Shown: positions 1 to 8,738, counted from the stretch's first letter. The stretch is DNA of 64,000 nt from Minisyncoccia bacterium (GCA_041736805.1 JBGSSW010000008.1:2897-66896), one strand, 5' to 3'. Translations and numbers: made by a program. Notes: generated from the sequence alone by a model not told the origin.

Positions 1-44
1 AGAAGTCCTAGTAAATAAAGGACAAAGAAAATTTCTATTCTAAA

Positions 45-73
45 AGTGGATAAGCGAGTGTACAAGTGGATAA
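45..73 (-). promoter_or_regulatory. Two DnaA-box-like 9-mers (TTATCCACT on the minus strand)
   Basis: AGTGGATAA at 45-53 and 65-73, each one mismatch from TGTGGATAA; next to the parS cluster. Confidence 0.4.
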
Positions 74-146
74 AGGACAAAATCTAAAGGACAAGCACGA
101 TTTTAAAGGCTTATTTTAAGCCGGCGAGTAACTTCCTAGTCTAAAT

Positions 147-711
147 TGTTTCACGTGAAACGTTTTAGACTAAAAACGTTAATTTGGGTAGACTGTGATG
201 ATATAATGTTACACATGGAACAATCTTCTGACAAAAAGAAGAATAATAAGTTAATTGGCCGCTACGGAGAAGAAATTGCCGTTAAATACCTTAAAAATAA
301 AGGTTTTGAGATTTTAGATAGAAATTACCTTAAGAGGTGGGGTGAAATTGACATTGTTGCACGTAGAACGGACAGGATTCACTTTGTGGAGGTTAAAGCT
401 GTTTCCCATGAAACAAAAAATGACCTAAATGTGGCTGTTTCACGTGGTACTTGGCGTCCAGAGGAAAATGTCCATACGTATAAAATTAAAAAACTCTCTA
501 GAGCTATAGAATCATGGTTAATGGAGAAAAAATGGGAGGGAGATTGGCAGATTGATGTTGTGGCAGTTAGAATAGTTCCACGTGAAAAGTTTGCCACGGC
601 TAAATATATTCCCAACATAGTTCTATAGAAGATTAAATCAAAACTACCTAATTTTGAGTTAATACTAAATTGGTTCTACATGAAACAGCTGAAAATGTAC
701 CACGTGAAACG
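147..711. promoter_or_regulatory. parS: Cluster of about 8 parS-like ParB-binding palindromes
   Basis: TGTTTCACGTGAAACG 147-162 (near-perfect consensus); variants at 207-222, 355-370, 400-415, 436-451, 574-589, 672-687, 696-711. Confidence 0.85.
215..628 (+). CDS. yraN: YraN/UPF0102 family PD-(D/E)xK endonuclease-like protein
   Basis: GxxGE..A..YL...G..IL.RN....WGEIDIVA...I.FVEVK signature; start placed at ATG 215 after a TATAAT box. Confidence 0.9.
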   Translation: MEQSSDKKKNNKLIGRYGEEIAVKYLKNKGFEILDRNYLKRWGEIDIVARRTDRIHFVEVKAVSHETKNDLNVAVSRGTWRPEENVHTYKIKKLSRAIESWLMEKKWEGDWQIDVVAVRIVPREKFATAKYIPNIVL

Positions 712-741
712 TTTGATTATATCGCGCATGAGGTATAATAC

Positions 742-984
742 ATGTCTATGTATGAAGGTCATGATCGGCGACAAAAACAAACTTTTGAAAAAGAGACTAA
801 TTCTGTGTGGAGAACCATTGACATGCAATATCTAGATTCAAATGGAGCTAATCCTCACCGAAGCATAATCGAGTGCGACGGAAAGGTGCACAGAAGAACT
901 ATTATCAAACGAGATGGAACCCCTGTGTCTGTTGGAGATATTTTCCCTTGCGATGGGGTGCATAATCCAATTTTTGAAGATTAA
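742..984 (+). CDS. Small hypothetical protein
   Basis: 80-aa ORF directly after TTGATT...TATAAT; terminator-like hairpin near 1030-1060. Confidence 0.5.
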   Translation: MSMYEGHDRRQKQTFEKETNSVWRTIDMQYLDSNGANPHRSIIECDGKVHRRTIIKRDGTPVSVGDIFPCDGVHNPIFED

Positions 985-1145
985 ATCCGATTTTTATTAG
1001 CTTGGGCCACTTAGTTTTGCCGGCCAGCATTAAAAAACAACCCAAGTAGGTTGTTTTTTAATTGAAAGTGGACGAGAGCTGTGCAGCTTCGCAGTCCACG
1101 AATCACTCCTTTCTGTTACGTTAGCCAAGTCTCTTAGACTGTGGC

Positions 1146-1295
1146 GATTCATTCTAGTAGTTTCGTTTTGTCCGAACTGAGTCGGGGAGCCGGGAATCGA
1201 ACCCGGACCACTCGGTCCCAAACCGAGTACACTACCACTATGCTACACCCCGACTCAATTAAGAATTGAAGCGAACGAAACTACTAGAATGAATC
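1146..1295. repeat. Perfect 22-bp inverted repeat flanking tRNA-Pro
   Basis: GATTCATTCTAGTAGTTTCGTT (1146-1167) and AACGAAACTACTAGAATGAATC (1274-1295). Confidence 0.9.
1182..1252 (-). tRNA. tRNA-Pro (UGG), CCA not encoded
   Basis: Minus strand CGGGGTG...CTCGG-TTTGGGA-CCGAG...GGTTCGATTCC...CTCCCCGA folds as a cloverleaf. Confidence 0.95.
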
Positions 1296-1426
1296 CAAAT
1301 CGAGTAGCCTGCAACACAGCTAGACCGCGATTTGTAGCCACGATAATAGCATCCAAAACAAAAAAATGCGAGGCCTGAGTGCTTAATTATGTCTATCTTC
1401 GGAACGTGATATTATGGAAGTTAATC

Positions 1427-1858
1427 ATGAATGAAATTGTCGAGGAACACTTTGCTGGTAAGGTAGCTCAAAAAGCTGTTATTACCAAAGGAAGCTCTAT
1501 CTTGCTCATTCGTGACCCTAGAGAGGGAAGTGAGATTTGGGAATTACCCGGCGGGCGGTTGAATATTGGTGAAATTCCTCAAGACGGTTTAAGAAGAGAA
1601 ATTAAAGAAGAACTTGGGGTAGATGTCGAAGTCCACGAAGTGGTCCACTTACAACAATTTTTGCAGGGTAGTGAAGGAAAGAACGCTTTGATGATTGCTT
1701 ACCGAGTGACCTTAATAAACCCAGACTCAGAATTTATTTTAGATGAAAGAGAAATCGCTGAAGCAAGGTTTGTCCCACTAGAAGAGGCTTTGAATTACAA
1801 ACTTTTTCCCGAGTATAAAAAAACAATTGAGGTTTATTTGAAAATGAAACTCTATTAA
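1427..1858 (+). CDS. NUDIX hydrolase
   Basis: WELPGGRLNIGEIPQDGLRREIKEELG Nudix box. Confidence 0.9.
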   Translation: MNEIVEEHFAGKVAQKAVITKGSSILLIRDPREGSEIWELPGGRLNIGEIPQDGLRREIKEELGVDVEVHEVVHLQQFLQGSEGKNALMIAYRVTLINPDSEFILDEREIAEARFVPLEEALNYKLFPEYKKTIEVYLKMKLY

Positions 1859-1897
1859 AATGGAAATAACAACAAACTGGATTTATTATTGTAAATT

Positions 1898-2782
1898 ATG
1901 AATGAAAAGATAACAAAAGTTGAAAAAGAGAAAACCCAACTTGAGTTAAAAGAGAATAACTTTTGGGAAACTTTAGATGATCTTCCGACTGAATTGGCTA
2001 AAAAATGGGAATCTGCATATACCGAAGCTGAAGACATTGAGACATTCTTTGATGGTTTTGATGAGTTTTGTAAACTGAGGGCAAAAGTGTTTGAAGGTGA
2101 AATTGAATTGTACGGTGAAGTTAGTCCTGAGGTTATGGAAGAAATCAATTTAGTAAAAAAGGTTATTGACGAGACTTACGGAAATCCTGAATTTTTCCTG
2201 GGAAGTGGAAGGACAGCAAGAGTTTACATGTTACCCATAGCACCAAGTATCTGTGTTAAGTATATGTTTTATGAAAGTCCAGTAGATATCAGTATTGATG
2301 CTGAGGCAGATATTCTTTCTCGATTAAGGTCTTTTAAATCATCGTCCGGAATTAGGACTCCTATTCCTTATTTCAAACAAACTAAGTCGAAGGACAGGCA
2401 TTTTTATGGAATGGAGAAAATTAAAGGCAAAGATTTATTTCAAATAGTAAATTTTGCTAAACAAAATGAAAATTTGATTCGTATTGCAAAGACCCTTGAT
2501 AAGGATGTTGTGTTGAAGAAGTTGAAAAATTTTATTGACGAAGTATATGTTTCTTTTGGTATTACTCACGGTGATTTAAAGCAAAGCAATGTCATGATGG
2601 ACGAGGAGGCAAATTTTTATGTAATAGATTTTGGTAAAGGTGCAGTGGAGGAGGTTGGTGAAAATCATGAAGAGAGAGTCATAAATGACAAAACCACCCT
2701 CCAGCATGAGGTCCGGGAATTTTTTAAAGCGATTGACAAATTTGATTTAGATAGTATAAATAGTGTAGCCAATCCTGTTTAA
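1898..2782 (+). CDS. Protein-kinase-like phosphotransferase (RIO/APH-like fold)
   Basis: LGSGRTARVY glycine loop, CVK, HGDLKQSNVM catalytic loop, IDFG. Confidence 0.8.
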   Translation: MNEKITKVEKEKTQLELKENNFWETLDDLPTELAKKWESAYTEAEDIETFFDGFDEFCKLRAKVFEGEIELYGEVSPEVMEEINLVKKVIDETYGNPEFFLGSGRTARVYMLPIAPSICVKYMFYESPVDISIDAEADILSRLRSFKSSSGIRTPIPYFKQTKSKDRHFYGMEKIKGKDLFQIVNFAKQNENLIRIAKTLDKDVVLKKLKNFIDEVYVSFGITHGDLKQSNVMMDEEANFYVIDFGKGAVEEVGENHEERVINDKTTLQHEVREFFKAIDKFDLDSINSVANPV

Positions 2783-2792
2783 GGAGTACAAC

Positions 2793-2978
2793 ATGCAAAT
2801 CGATCAGAAAATAATCGAGGAAGCAAACATTCTCCTTAGTCAAGGAAGTGTCACGCTGCCTCACCAGTTCCTTAGCTCGCCAAGTTTTTGGCTAGCCAAA
2901 GAGGATGACAGCCAAGTCATAGCTTTCTTTCCGTTCGAACACGGAGACCAGAGCTACAAAATTGGTGTCATGAAGTAA
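2793..2978 (+). CDS. SD-led ORFan cassette, 61 aa
   Basis: TTGACA (2733) ... TATAAA (2755) promoter, AAGGAG 2781-2786, hairpin terminator about 2997-3020. Confidence 0.6.
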   Translation: MQIDQKIIEEANILLSQGSVTLPHQFLSSPSFWLAKEDDSQVIAFFPFEHGDQSYKIGVMK

Positions 2979-3069
2979 CTAGCACGGTTTCCGTGCAAAC
3001 CCCTCATCCGTGAGGGGTTTAAACTTTTAAAATTTTGCATTTGCTGGTGAGTAGGGCACAATGGGGGCG

Positions 3070-3993
3070 ATGATCACTTACTACTACAGAGACTTAAAAG
3101 ATGAAAATTTAGTTGAGATAAGTTCTCCTGCAGCTGGAGTTTGGGTTAATGCTATTAATCCAACAGATGACGAGGTCAAAGAATTAATTAAAGACTTTTC
3201 TCTTGACGAAGATATTCTAGAGGACGCCAAGGACTTTTATGAGGTGCCCCGTTTAGAAAGGTCTGGTGGAGCAACTTATTTTTTCACTCGTTACCCTCAA
3301 TACGACCAGTACCAAGACAACACCACCGCTCCTTTGTTGATAATAGTGGGGGAGAGCTTCATCGTTACTTTTGCAGTCCGGGAAAATAATCTCTTTAAGA
3401 AAATCATCCAAGGCGATGAAATAGTAGAAACCACTCAAAAAGCTAAGTTTTTTGGTCAAATCATGGATATTATTACCGATTCGTTTGATAAAGAACTATT
3501 GCGACTTAGAAAGGCCGTGCACAAGGATAGGGTTCGTTTGCAGAGTATTGGTACTCGCGAGATTGAACGCTTGGTGAGCTATGAAACAACTTTAAACAGT
3601 ATGATTGACGCCCTCATTCCAACTAATACTTGGCTGCAACAAGTGACCACCGGCAATTACATGCAACTGTTCAATGAAGATTTAGAAAATATGCAAGACT
3701 TAGTAATTGCTAATAGTCAGGTGGTAAATTCGGCAAGATCAGTGCTTAAGACTATCCAAAATATTCGTGGAGCCATTGAAGCTATTATGACTAGTCGACT
3801 TAATAACGCGCTTAGAATCCTAACGGTTTTGACTATTTTACTAACCGTTCCTTTAGTCATCGCTTCACTATACGGGATGAATGTTAAGCTACCTTTCCAA
3901 GAGGGAAGCCACACCTTCTACTTTATTTTATTGCTCAATGTAGTGATTTTAGGGGCCTTAATTGTTGTCTTTAGAAAGAATCAGTGGTTTTAG
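3070..3993 (+). CDS. corA: CorA-family Mg2+/Co2+ transporter
   Basis: C-terminal TM helices with the YGMNV motif. Confidence 0.9.
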   Translation: MITYYYRDLKDENLVEISSPAAGVWVNAINPTDDEVKELIKDFSLDEDILEDAKDFYEVPRLERSGGATYFFTRYPQYDQYQDNTTAPLLIIVGESFIVTFAVRENNLFKKIIQGDEIVETTQKAKFFGQIMDIITDSFDKELLRLRKAVHKDRVRLQSIGTREIERLVSYETTLNSMIDALIPTNTWLQQVTTGNYMQLFNEDLENMQDLVIANSQVVNSARSVLKTIQNIRGAIEAIMTSRLNNALRILTVLTILLTVPLVIASLYGMNVKLPFQEGSHTFYFILLLNVVILGALIVVFRKNQWF

Positions 3994-4019
3994 GTTTTTG
4001 ATTTGGGTTTAAGAAGAGG

Positions 4020-4060
4020 TAACAAAACAGCCGCGAGCTTAGCTCGCGGCTGTTTTGTTA
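4020..4060. terminator. Bidirectional terminator (perfect palindrome)
   Basis: TAACAAAACAGCCGCGAGC-TTA-GCTCGCGGCTGTTTTGTTA between convergent genes. Confidence 0.85.
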
Positions 4061-4075
4061 ATAGAGATCATTTTC

Positions 4076-4879
4076 CTACTTTTTTAGTTTAAGCTTTTTA
4101 GGTTCATCAAATTCACCCTTGGTCTTCTCCCAGAGTAAATCATGTATTTCGCGCAGGGCCTTGGCTAATTCGTAGCTTTCAATGATTAGTACTTGCTTTG
4201 ATTTCATGATGCAGATACGTACACCCCATTCAAATGACTCAATGGAACAATCGGCACTATAGAGCGTTTCAGGCAGAAACTTGGCTCGTATCAAACCCTT
4301 TCCGTAGTCGTCGGTGCCGGTGAGGAAACGCGAATAGTCCTTCGTAAGTTTGTCGTCGTCGACGGTATAGCCACGAACACTAATATCGTATTTCACTTTA
4401 TTTTCATTCCAAGGAATAAACACTTCGTCAGTGTATACCTGGTCAATTTCGTCGGCTCGTGCAAAAAAGCCAACGATTTCTTTCCCTTTAAAATCTTTAA
4501 TTTTGTATTCGTACGCCTGCTTCATGCCCTCAATACCTTCAAAATACAACACATTAGGTTTCTCACTTTGTTTACGTTGGAGGGCATTTAGCTCGGGGAT
4601 TACTTTTCGCGCTTCGCGGACTCTCGCCTCGACATCTTCAATGTAGCTTTCGGGGGAACGAGCAATATATTGTCGCTTCTTCTCACCAGTCATTTGCACA
4701 ATTAGTCCTTTCTCGACTAGTTCTTCAGCAATTACATACGCCGTCGGACGCTTGAGGCGCGAACGCTTAGCAATTTTGTATGGGGTAGAAGGGCCGAGTT
4801 CAAGCAAGGCTAAATACACCCGAGCTTCCTTTTCAGTCAGGTTAAGTTTACGTAGCTCTTTAATAAGTTTTTCTGACAT
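4076..4879 (-). CDS. TrmB-family transcriptional regulator
   Basis: LNLTEKEARVYLALLELGP wHTH; KPNVLYFEGIEGM C-terminal module. Confidence 0.9.
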   Translation of the reverse strand: MSEKLIKELRKLNLTEKEARVYLALLELGPSTPYKIAKRSRLKRPTAYVIAEELVEKGLIVQMTGEKKRQYIARSPESYIEDVEARVREARKVIPELNALQRKQSEKPNVLYFEGIEGMKQAYEYKIKDFKGKEIVGFFARADEIDQVYTDEVFIPWNENKVKYDISVRGYTVDDDKLTKDYSRFLTGTDDYGKGLIRAKFLPETLYSADCSIESFEWGVRICIMKSKQVLIIESYELAKALREIHDLLWEKTKGEFDEPKKLKLKK

Positions 4880-5100
4880 AATAGCTATTTTATACTTATT
4901 TTAAATTTAGTCAATAATTCTGACAAATATAAGCAGTAAATAATAAGTATGGCTTAAATAAAGGCTCCTTAGCCTAAATAAGGGTAATAATAAAGGATGT
5001 ATATAGACAGCATTATTGACAATAAGTAAAGTGTGGTGTATTATATTCCGCAGAAGATAAGCAATACCGCTTACTACGACTGAACCTTGAAGGAACGATT

Positions 5101-5502
5101 ATGTGCACGAATTGCATCCGCATCCTTATGATGAATGGTAAAGATTGGATGAGTGACCGCGCTCTTTGCATCGCTGAGTCGCTCCGCAAAAAGGAGCAGC
5201 GAAGTCTCGAGTCACTTTCGGGGATCACTGCGGGGGAAACTATCGGACTGTATATTGGGCAATCAGATTGGGGTGATATATATCGACACGAGGAGCTCTT
5301 GCGTGAGATCGCAACTGAAATCATCAAGCGCGGCGCCACTCCAGTATGGGTAACGTGCCACGAGGGTTGCTTCACAAAAAGTGAGGAAAAAGTTGAGCTT
5401 GCCGACAAACTTAACCTCATGGTTGTGGTGCGCGACTCCGATCCGAGAAAAGTGAAGAGTATTGAAAGCTGGAAAGTGATTCGCAATCAAATGCTCTTCT
5501 GA
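5101..5502 (+). CDS. SD-led ORFan, 133 aa
   Basis: TTGACA(5016)-17-TATTAT(5039) promoter, GAAGGA before ATG, GC-richer codons. Confidence 0.6.
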   Translation: MCTNCIRILMMNGKDWMSDRALCIAESLRKKEQRSLESLSGITAGETIGLYIGQSDWGDIYRHEELLREIATEIIKRGATPVWVTCHEGCFTKSEEKVELADKLNLMVVVRDSDPRKVKSIESWKVIRNQMLF

Positions 5503-5507
5503 CGAAC

Positions 5508-5592
5508 TTTGGATAAGTGTGCTCACACACTTTTCCACTTTATAAAGATTTTGAAAACAATTCGAAATCTTTTAGAGATTTTGTTCCTTTCA
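5508..5592 (+). repeat. Two-hairpin plus boxA-like intergenic element, copy 1
   Basis: Shares TCCACTTTATAAAG and CAATTCGAAATCTTTTAGAGA with 6325-6413. Confidence 0.85.
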
Positions 5593-5623
5593 TTCCAATC
5601 ATTTTTCAACCAAGGAGAAAGTT

Positions 5624-6313
5624 ATGACCAAGACCACTCATCATATTGCCTTCCGTGCTAACGGTCTCTATGAAGAAATTGTTACGCAGGCGATGCAGGG
5701 CCTCGATATAGAGGTGACGGTTTTCCCACAAGGCGAAGAAGTCATCCGTAATCAGCTCAAGCACTTGAATGAGGTCTGTATAGAAAACCTTTGGATTGAC
5801 GGTACCGTAGCCAGGGCTTGCGGTTCAGATTACGGTAGTCTGGATCAGATTATCGCTTCTGCATACTGCGAATCGCTCGGTGTTGCGACAAGTGTCGAAC
5901 TTACGGCGAGGCTTCTCGGAATGGTGGCAAAGAAATTCTCTCCTTCCAAAGTCTGGCTGGTTTCGCGAAATATCGACGACCATCCAGTTGGTGAAAAGAA
6001 GGATGATCGAGGTATCACCTGCTGGGAAACTAACGGGTCAGACTTCTACGCCAAACTCATCGAGCAGGTGACAGGGCTGGCTCCGGTAGCTAACAGTTGC
6101 TTCGATAGCTTCATTAAAGCTACAGAGTCCGAGTGGGTCATCGTCGATCGGCATGCCTTTGGGTGGGTAGATATCCAAGGTGGTCTCACTCTCGTGGTTC
6201 CGCCTGAGAACCTGGCTCGAAGCGTTGCTTTGCTTGGCCTCATTGGTCAAGATGAAAGCGATGCCTGGAAGCAGGCCGCAGTTGAGAAGCTGCGCAAGAA
6301 GTTGATTGGCTGA
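5624..6313 (+). CDS. SD-led ORFan, 229 aa
   Basis: AAGGAG 5612-5617; long open frame with consistent codon style. Confidence 0.7.
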   Translation: MTKTTHHIAFRANGLYEEIVTQAMQGLDIEVTVFPQGEEVIRNQLKHLNEVCIENLWIDGTVARACGSDYGSLDQIIASAYCESLGVATSVELTARLLGMVAKKFSPSKVWLVSRNIDDHPVGEKKDDRGITCWETNGSDFYAKLIEQVTGLAPVANSCFDSFIKATESEWVIVDRHAFGWVDIQGGLTLVVPPENLARSVALLGLIGQDESDAWKQAAVEKLRKKLIG

Positions 6314-6324
6314 CCAATCGTCAG

Positions 6325-6413
6325 TTTGGAGAAAGAATACAACAACAAACTTTCTCCACTTTATAAAGGTTTTGAAGCAATTCGAAATCTTTTAGAGAAA
6401 AGTTCTTTGAAAC
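6325..6413 (+). repeat. Two-hairpin plus boxA-like intergenic element, copy 2
   Basis: Same conserved blocks as copy 1, followed by GTTCTTTGAAAC. Confidence 0.85.
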
Positions 6414-6542
6414 GAAAAGTGCAGTGTTTTTCCAACTAAGTTTTAGGATCGAGTGAGTAATGCATACCTCGCTCTATCTTAAAACTTAGGCTCCCCACGT
6501 GAACGGCCCACTTTGGGTACGACGTCGGGGTGAGGAGACATC

Positions 6543-6731
6543 ATGTTCTATATTATCCTCTCTTACCACCACGAGGAATTGTTCGATCCCGATCATAATG
6601 GGCGTCGACGCTACTGTAGCGTGGACGGTAAATATTTGCACATTGCTCCTACAAAGGAGGAACTGTGCTCACGGCCCAACTGGGTTGGGACAGCCTGCTC
6701 ATGTGTTGCAGCAAGTTCAAGAATTCCCTGA
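6543..6731 (+). CDS. SD-led small Cys/His-rich ORFan, 62 aa (alternatively part of a structured RNA)
   Basis: GAGGAG 6532-6537; hairpins on both sides. Confidence 0.45.
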   Translation: MFYIILSYHHEELFDPDHNGRRRYCSVDGKYLHIAPTKEELCSRPNWVGTACSCVAASSRIP

Positions 6732-6865
6732 AAAGGGATTCTTGAGCATTGTGCGCAACGAAGACTCATATTGAGTCTTCAGCCATGCTTTGGCGAGTTG
6801 GGTGTTTACTCCCTCGCCATCTTTATCAAGTTTCTGAAGTGATTTGGGAGTTTGTAGAGATAAAT

Positions 6866-7129
6866 TTACGAATACAGTTCACTATGTGAGCCGATGTGGG
6901 TAAAGATAACTGTGTCACTATCTATTTGTCGATATAGTACACGAATATCTGGTGAGACACTAAAGCTTTTGTAGCCTTGATATTTTCCTTGTAATGAATG
7001 AATCCTTAATACCGGGTCGGTATCATTGGCAAGAAAAACATCGCGACGTTTTTGAAAAGCTTGTTGAGTAATTGCTGGGAGTTTTCTTATTTGCTTAACA
7101 AATCGTTTGTGTACGATGATTTGTTTCAT
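6866..7129 (-). CDS. RelE/YafQ-family mRNA interferase toxin
   Basis: F.K...KL, LRIHSLQGKYQG, DIRVLY, IGSHSELY. Confidence 0.9.
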   Translation of the reverse strand: MKQIIVHKRFVKQIRKLPAITQQAFQKRRDVFLANDTDPVLRIHSLQGKYQGYKSFSVSPDIRVLYRQIDSDTVIFTHIGSHSELYS

Positions 7130-7132
7130 GAG

Positions 7133-7417
7133 TTAGTCTTTAAGACCAAAAAGGTATTTGTCCATTTCTTCGGCATTACTAAAAGCTGGAGACAAATTTT
7201 TTCCTTCTTTTATATCTTTCTCAACCTCTTCTAGTACGCCTTCTAAATATGGAGTCATTTGATAGGCGGCGCTAAAGCTTACTGAACGAGTTCTAATGAA
7301 CTGTTTAAGAGAAGCTGTTACCAAGGCGGAAAGAGTAAAACCAAGCTCCTTGGCCAGTTTCTGGGCTTCTTCTTTGACTTTTTTATCAGTTTTAATGTTG
7401 ATCATTGTTGTCTTCAT
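7133..7417 (-). CDS. RelB/DinJ-family antitoxin
   Basis: INIKTDKKVKEEAQKLAKELGFTLS RHH motif; directly upstream of the toxin. Confidence 0.9.
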   Translation of the reverse strand: MKTTMINIKTDKKVKEEAQKLAKELGFTLSALVTASLKQFIRTRSVSFSAAYQMTPYLEGVLEEVEKDIKEGKNLSPAFSNAEEMDKYLFGLKD

Positions 7418-7482
7418 ATCTAAAGTATATACGTTGGATTGATGACGTCAAGTTCTGTTTTGGATTATGCTACTATGAGTCT

Positions 7483-8094
7483 ATGAAAAAGCAGGTTTTT
7501 TATATTCATGGGGGAGATTCTTTTTCTATGCAGGAGGATTTTTTGCAGTATTTGCAGAAAGTCCCTGTTAGACCACTGCCTGGGGACGAGACCTTTTTTC
7601 GTTGGACACAGACTATGGTTGAGTTGGGCGAGGAGTATGAGGTGTTTATGCCGAGTATGCCCAATAAGCAAAATGCAGATTATGAAGAGTGGAAGATTTG
7701 GTTTGAAAGACATTTTGAATACCTACGAGACGAGGTGATTTTGGTGGGTTGGTCGCTTGGGGGGATGTTCTTGGCTAAGTATTTAAGTGAAAATACCCTG
7801 CCTTTTAAAGTCAGCTCGCTGATGCTTTTGGCTGCACCCTGTGGAACCTTTGCTGACGAGCAAGGTAATGATTGCGGCTCTTTCCAGTTTAATCCCGAAA
7901 TACTGGCAAAATTGCCGGAAAGAGCCAGTAAAATAGCCATTTTCCACTCCGAAGACGACTTTGTCGTGCCTTACCAACACGCTCTTGAGTTTAAAAAACA
8001 CCTACCGGAGGCCGAGTTTATGAGTTTTACCGATAAAAACCACTTTTTAATCCCCGAATTTTCCGAATTATTAACTAAAATAAGGGAAAACTAG
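7483..8094 (+). CDS. YdeN/RBBP9-like alpha/beta hydrolase
   Basis: IHGG, GWSLGG nucleophile elbow, HSEDDFVVP, NHF. Confidence 0.85.
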   Translation: MKKQVFYIHGGDSFSMQEDFLQYLQKVPVRPLPGDETFFRWTQTMVELGEEYEVFMPSMPNKQNADYEEWKIWFERHFEYLRDEVILVGWSLGGMFLAKYLSENTLPFKVSSLMLLAAPCGTFADEQGNDCGSFQFNPEILAKLPERASKIAIFHSEDDFVVPYQHALEFKKHLPEAEFMSFTDKNHFLIPEFSELLTKIREN

Positions 8095-8153
8095 CTTTTG
8101 CGACTGTAAGAATTCGTTAAACTGTGCGTCTACGTATATAATGGTTTTCACAT

Positions 8154-8738
8154 ATGCCGAGTCCCAAAAAGACAATCGATGCAGCGGAAAGCCAAGAGGA
8201 ACGTTTTTTGAAAGCTTTCGAGGAATATAGCGATGCTCTTTTTCGCCATGCGGCGATCAGGATTAGCAACCGTGAGCGGTCAATTGATGTGGTACATGAT
8301 ACTTTTACTAAAGTATGGTCATACATCAGGTCCGGACACGAAATTGATTCTTATCGGTCATTTTTATACAAAGTCTTAAACAACCTCATCATTGATGAGT
8401 ACCGCAAGCAAAAAGAACAGTCGCTGGATGCCTTACTTGAAGTAGAAGGAGTAGACGAAGGATCCTTCCCAGAACTATCTGAAAATTCTGTTGAGGCTCT
8501 GGCAGCAACTCTCGATGGACGCAAAGCCTTCGAATTATTAAAGGAGCTGCCTGAAGAATATCGGGAAGTCATCATCTTTCGTTTCGTCGATGGTCTCGGT
8601 CCCAAAGAAATTGCTGACTTGATTGAAGAATCAGAAAACGTGGTCTCGGTCAGAATCCACCGAGCCCTCAAATCCCTAAGGATAAAAATTGAGGAGGGAA
8701 ATGAAAGAGCTGAAAGTAAAAGAAACACAAAAAAATAA
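8154..8738 (+). CDS. ECF RNA polymerase sigma factor
   Basis: Region 2 (DVVHDTFTKVW...FLYKVLNNLIIDEYRK) and region 4 HTH (EIADLIEESENVVSVRIHRA). Confidence 0.92.
   Translation: MPSPKKTIDAAESQEERFLKAFEEYSDALFRHAAIRISNRERSIDVVHDTFTKVWSYIRSGHEIDSYRSFLYKVLNNLIIDEYRKQKEQSLDALLEVEGVDEGSFPELSENSVEALAATLDGRKAFELLKELPEEYREVIIFRFVDGLGPKEIADLIEESENVVSVRIHRALKSLRIKIEEGNERAESKRNTKK

Noticed and set aside
146-214. N-terminal extension MFHVKR... of YraN in the ORF track
   Set aside because: It is simply the translation of the parS palindrome from a TTG; the real start is more likely ATG 206 or 215.
1030-1221. 63-aa ORF on the minus strand
   Set aside because: Overlaps tRNA-Pro and its structured trailer.
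5508-6413. CRISPR array or integron attC sites
   Set aside because: Only two copies about 820 bp apart, no cas or intI gene, and no RYYYAAC...GTTRRRY ends.
4076-7417. Prophage or integrative element
   Set aside because: A TA pair and ORFans are present, but no integrase, structural or replication genes and no flanking att repeats are visible.
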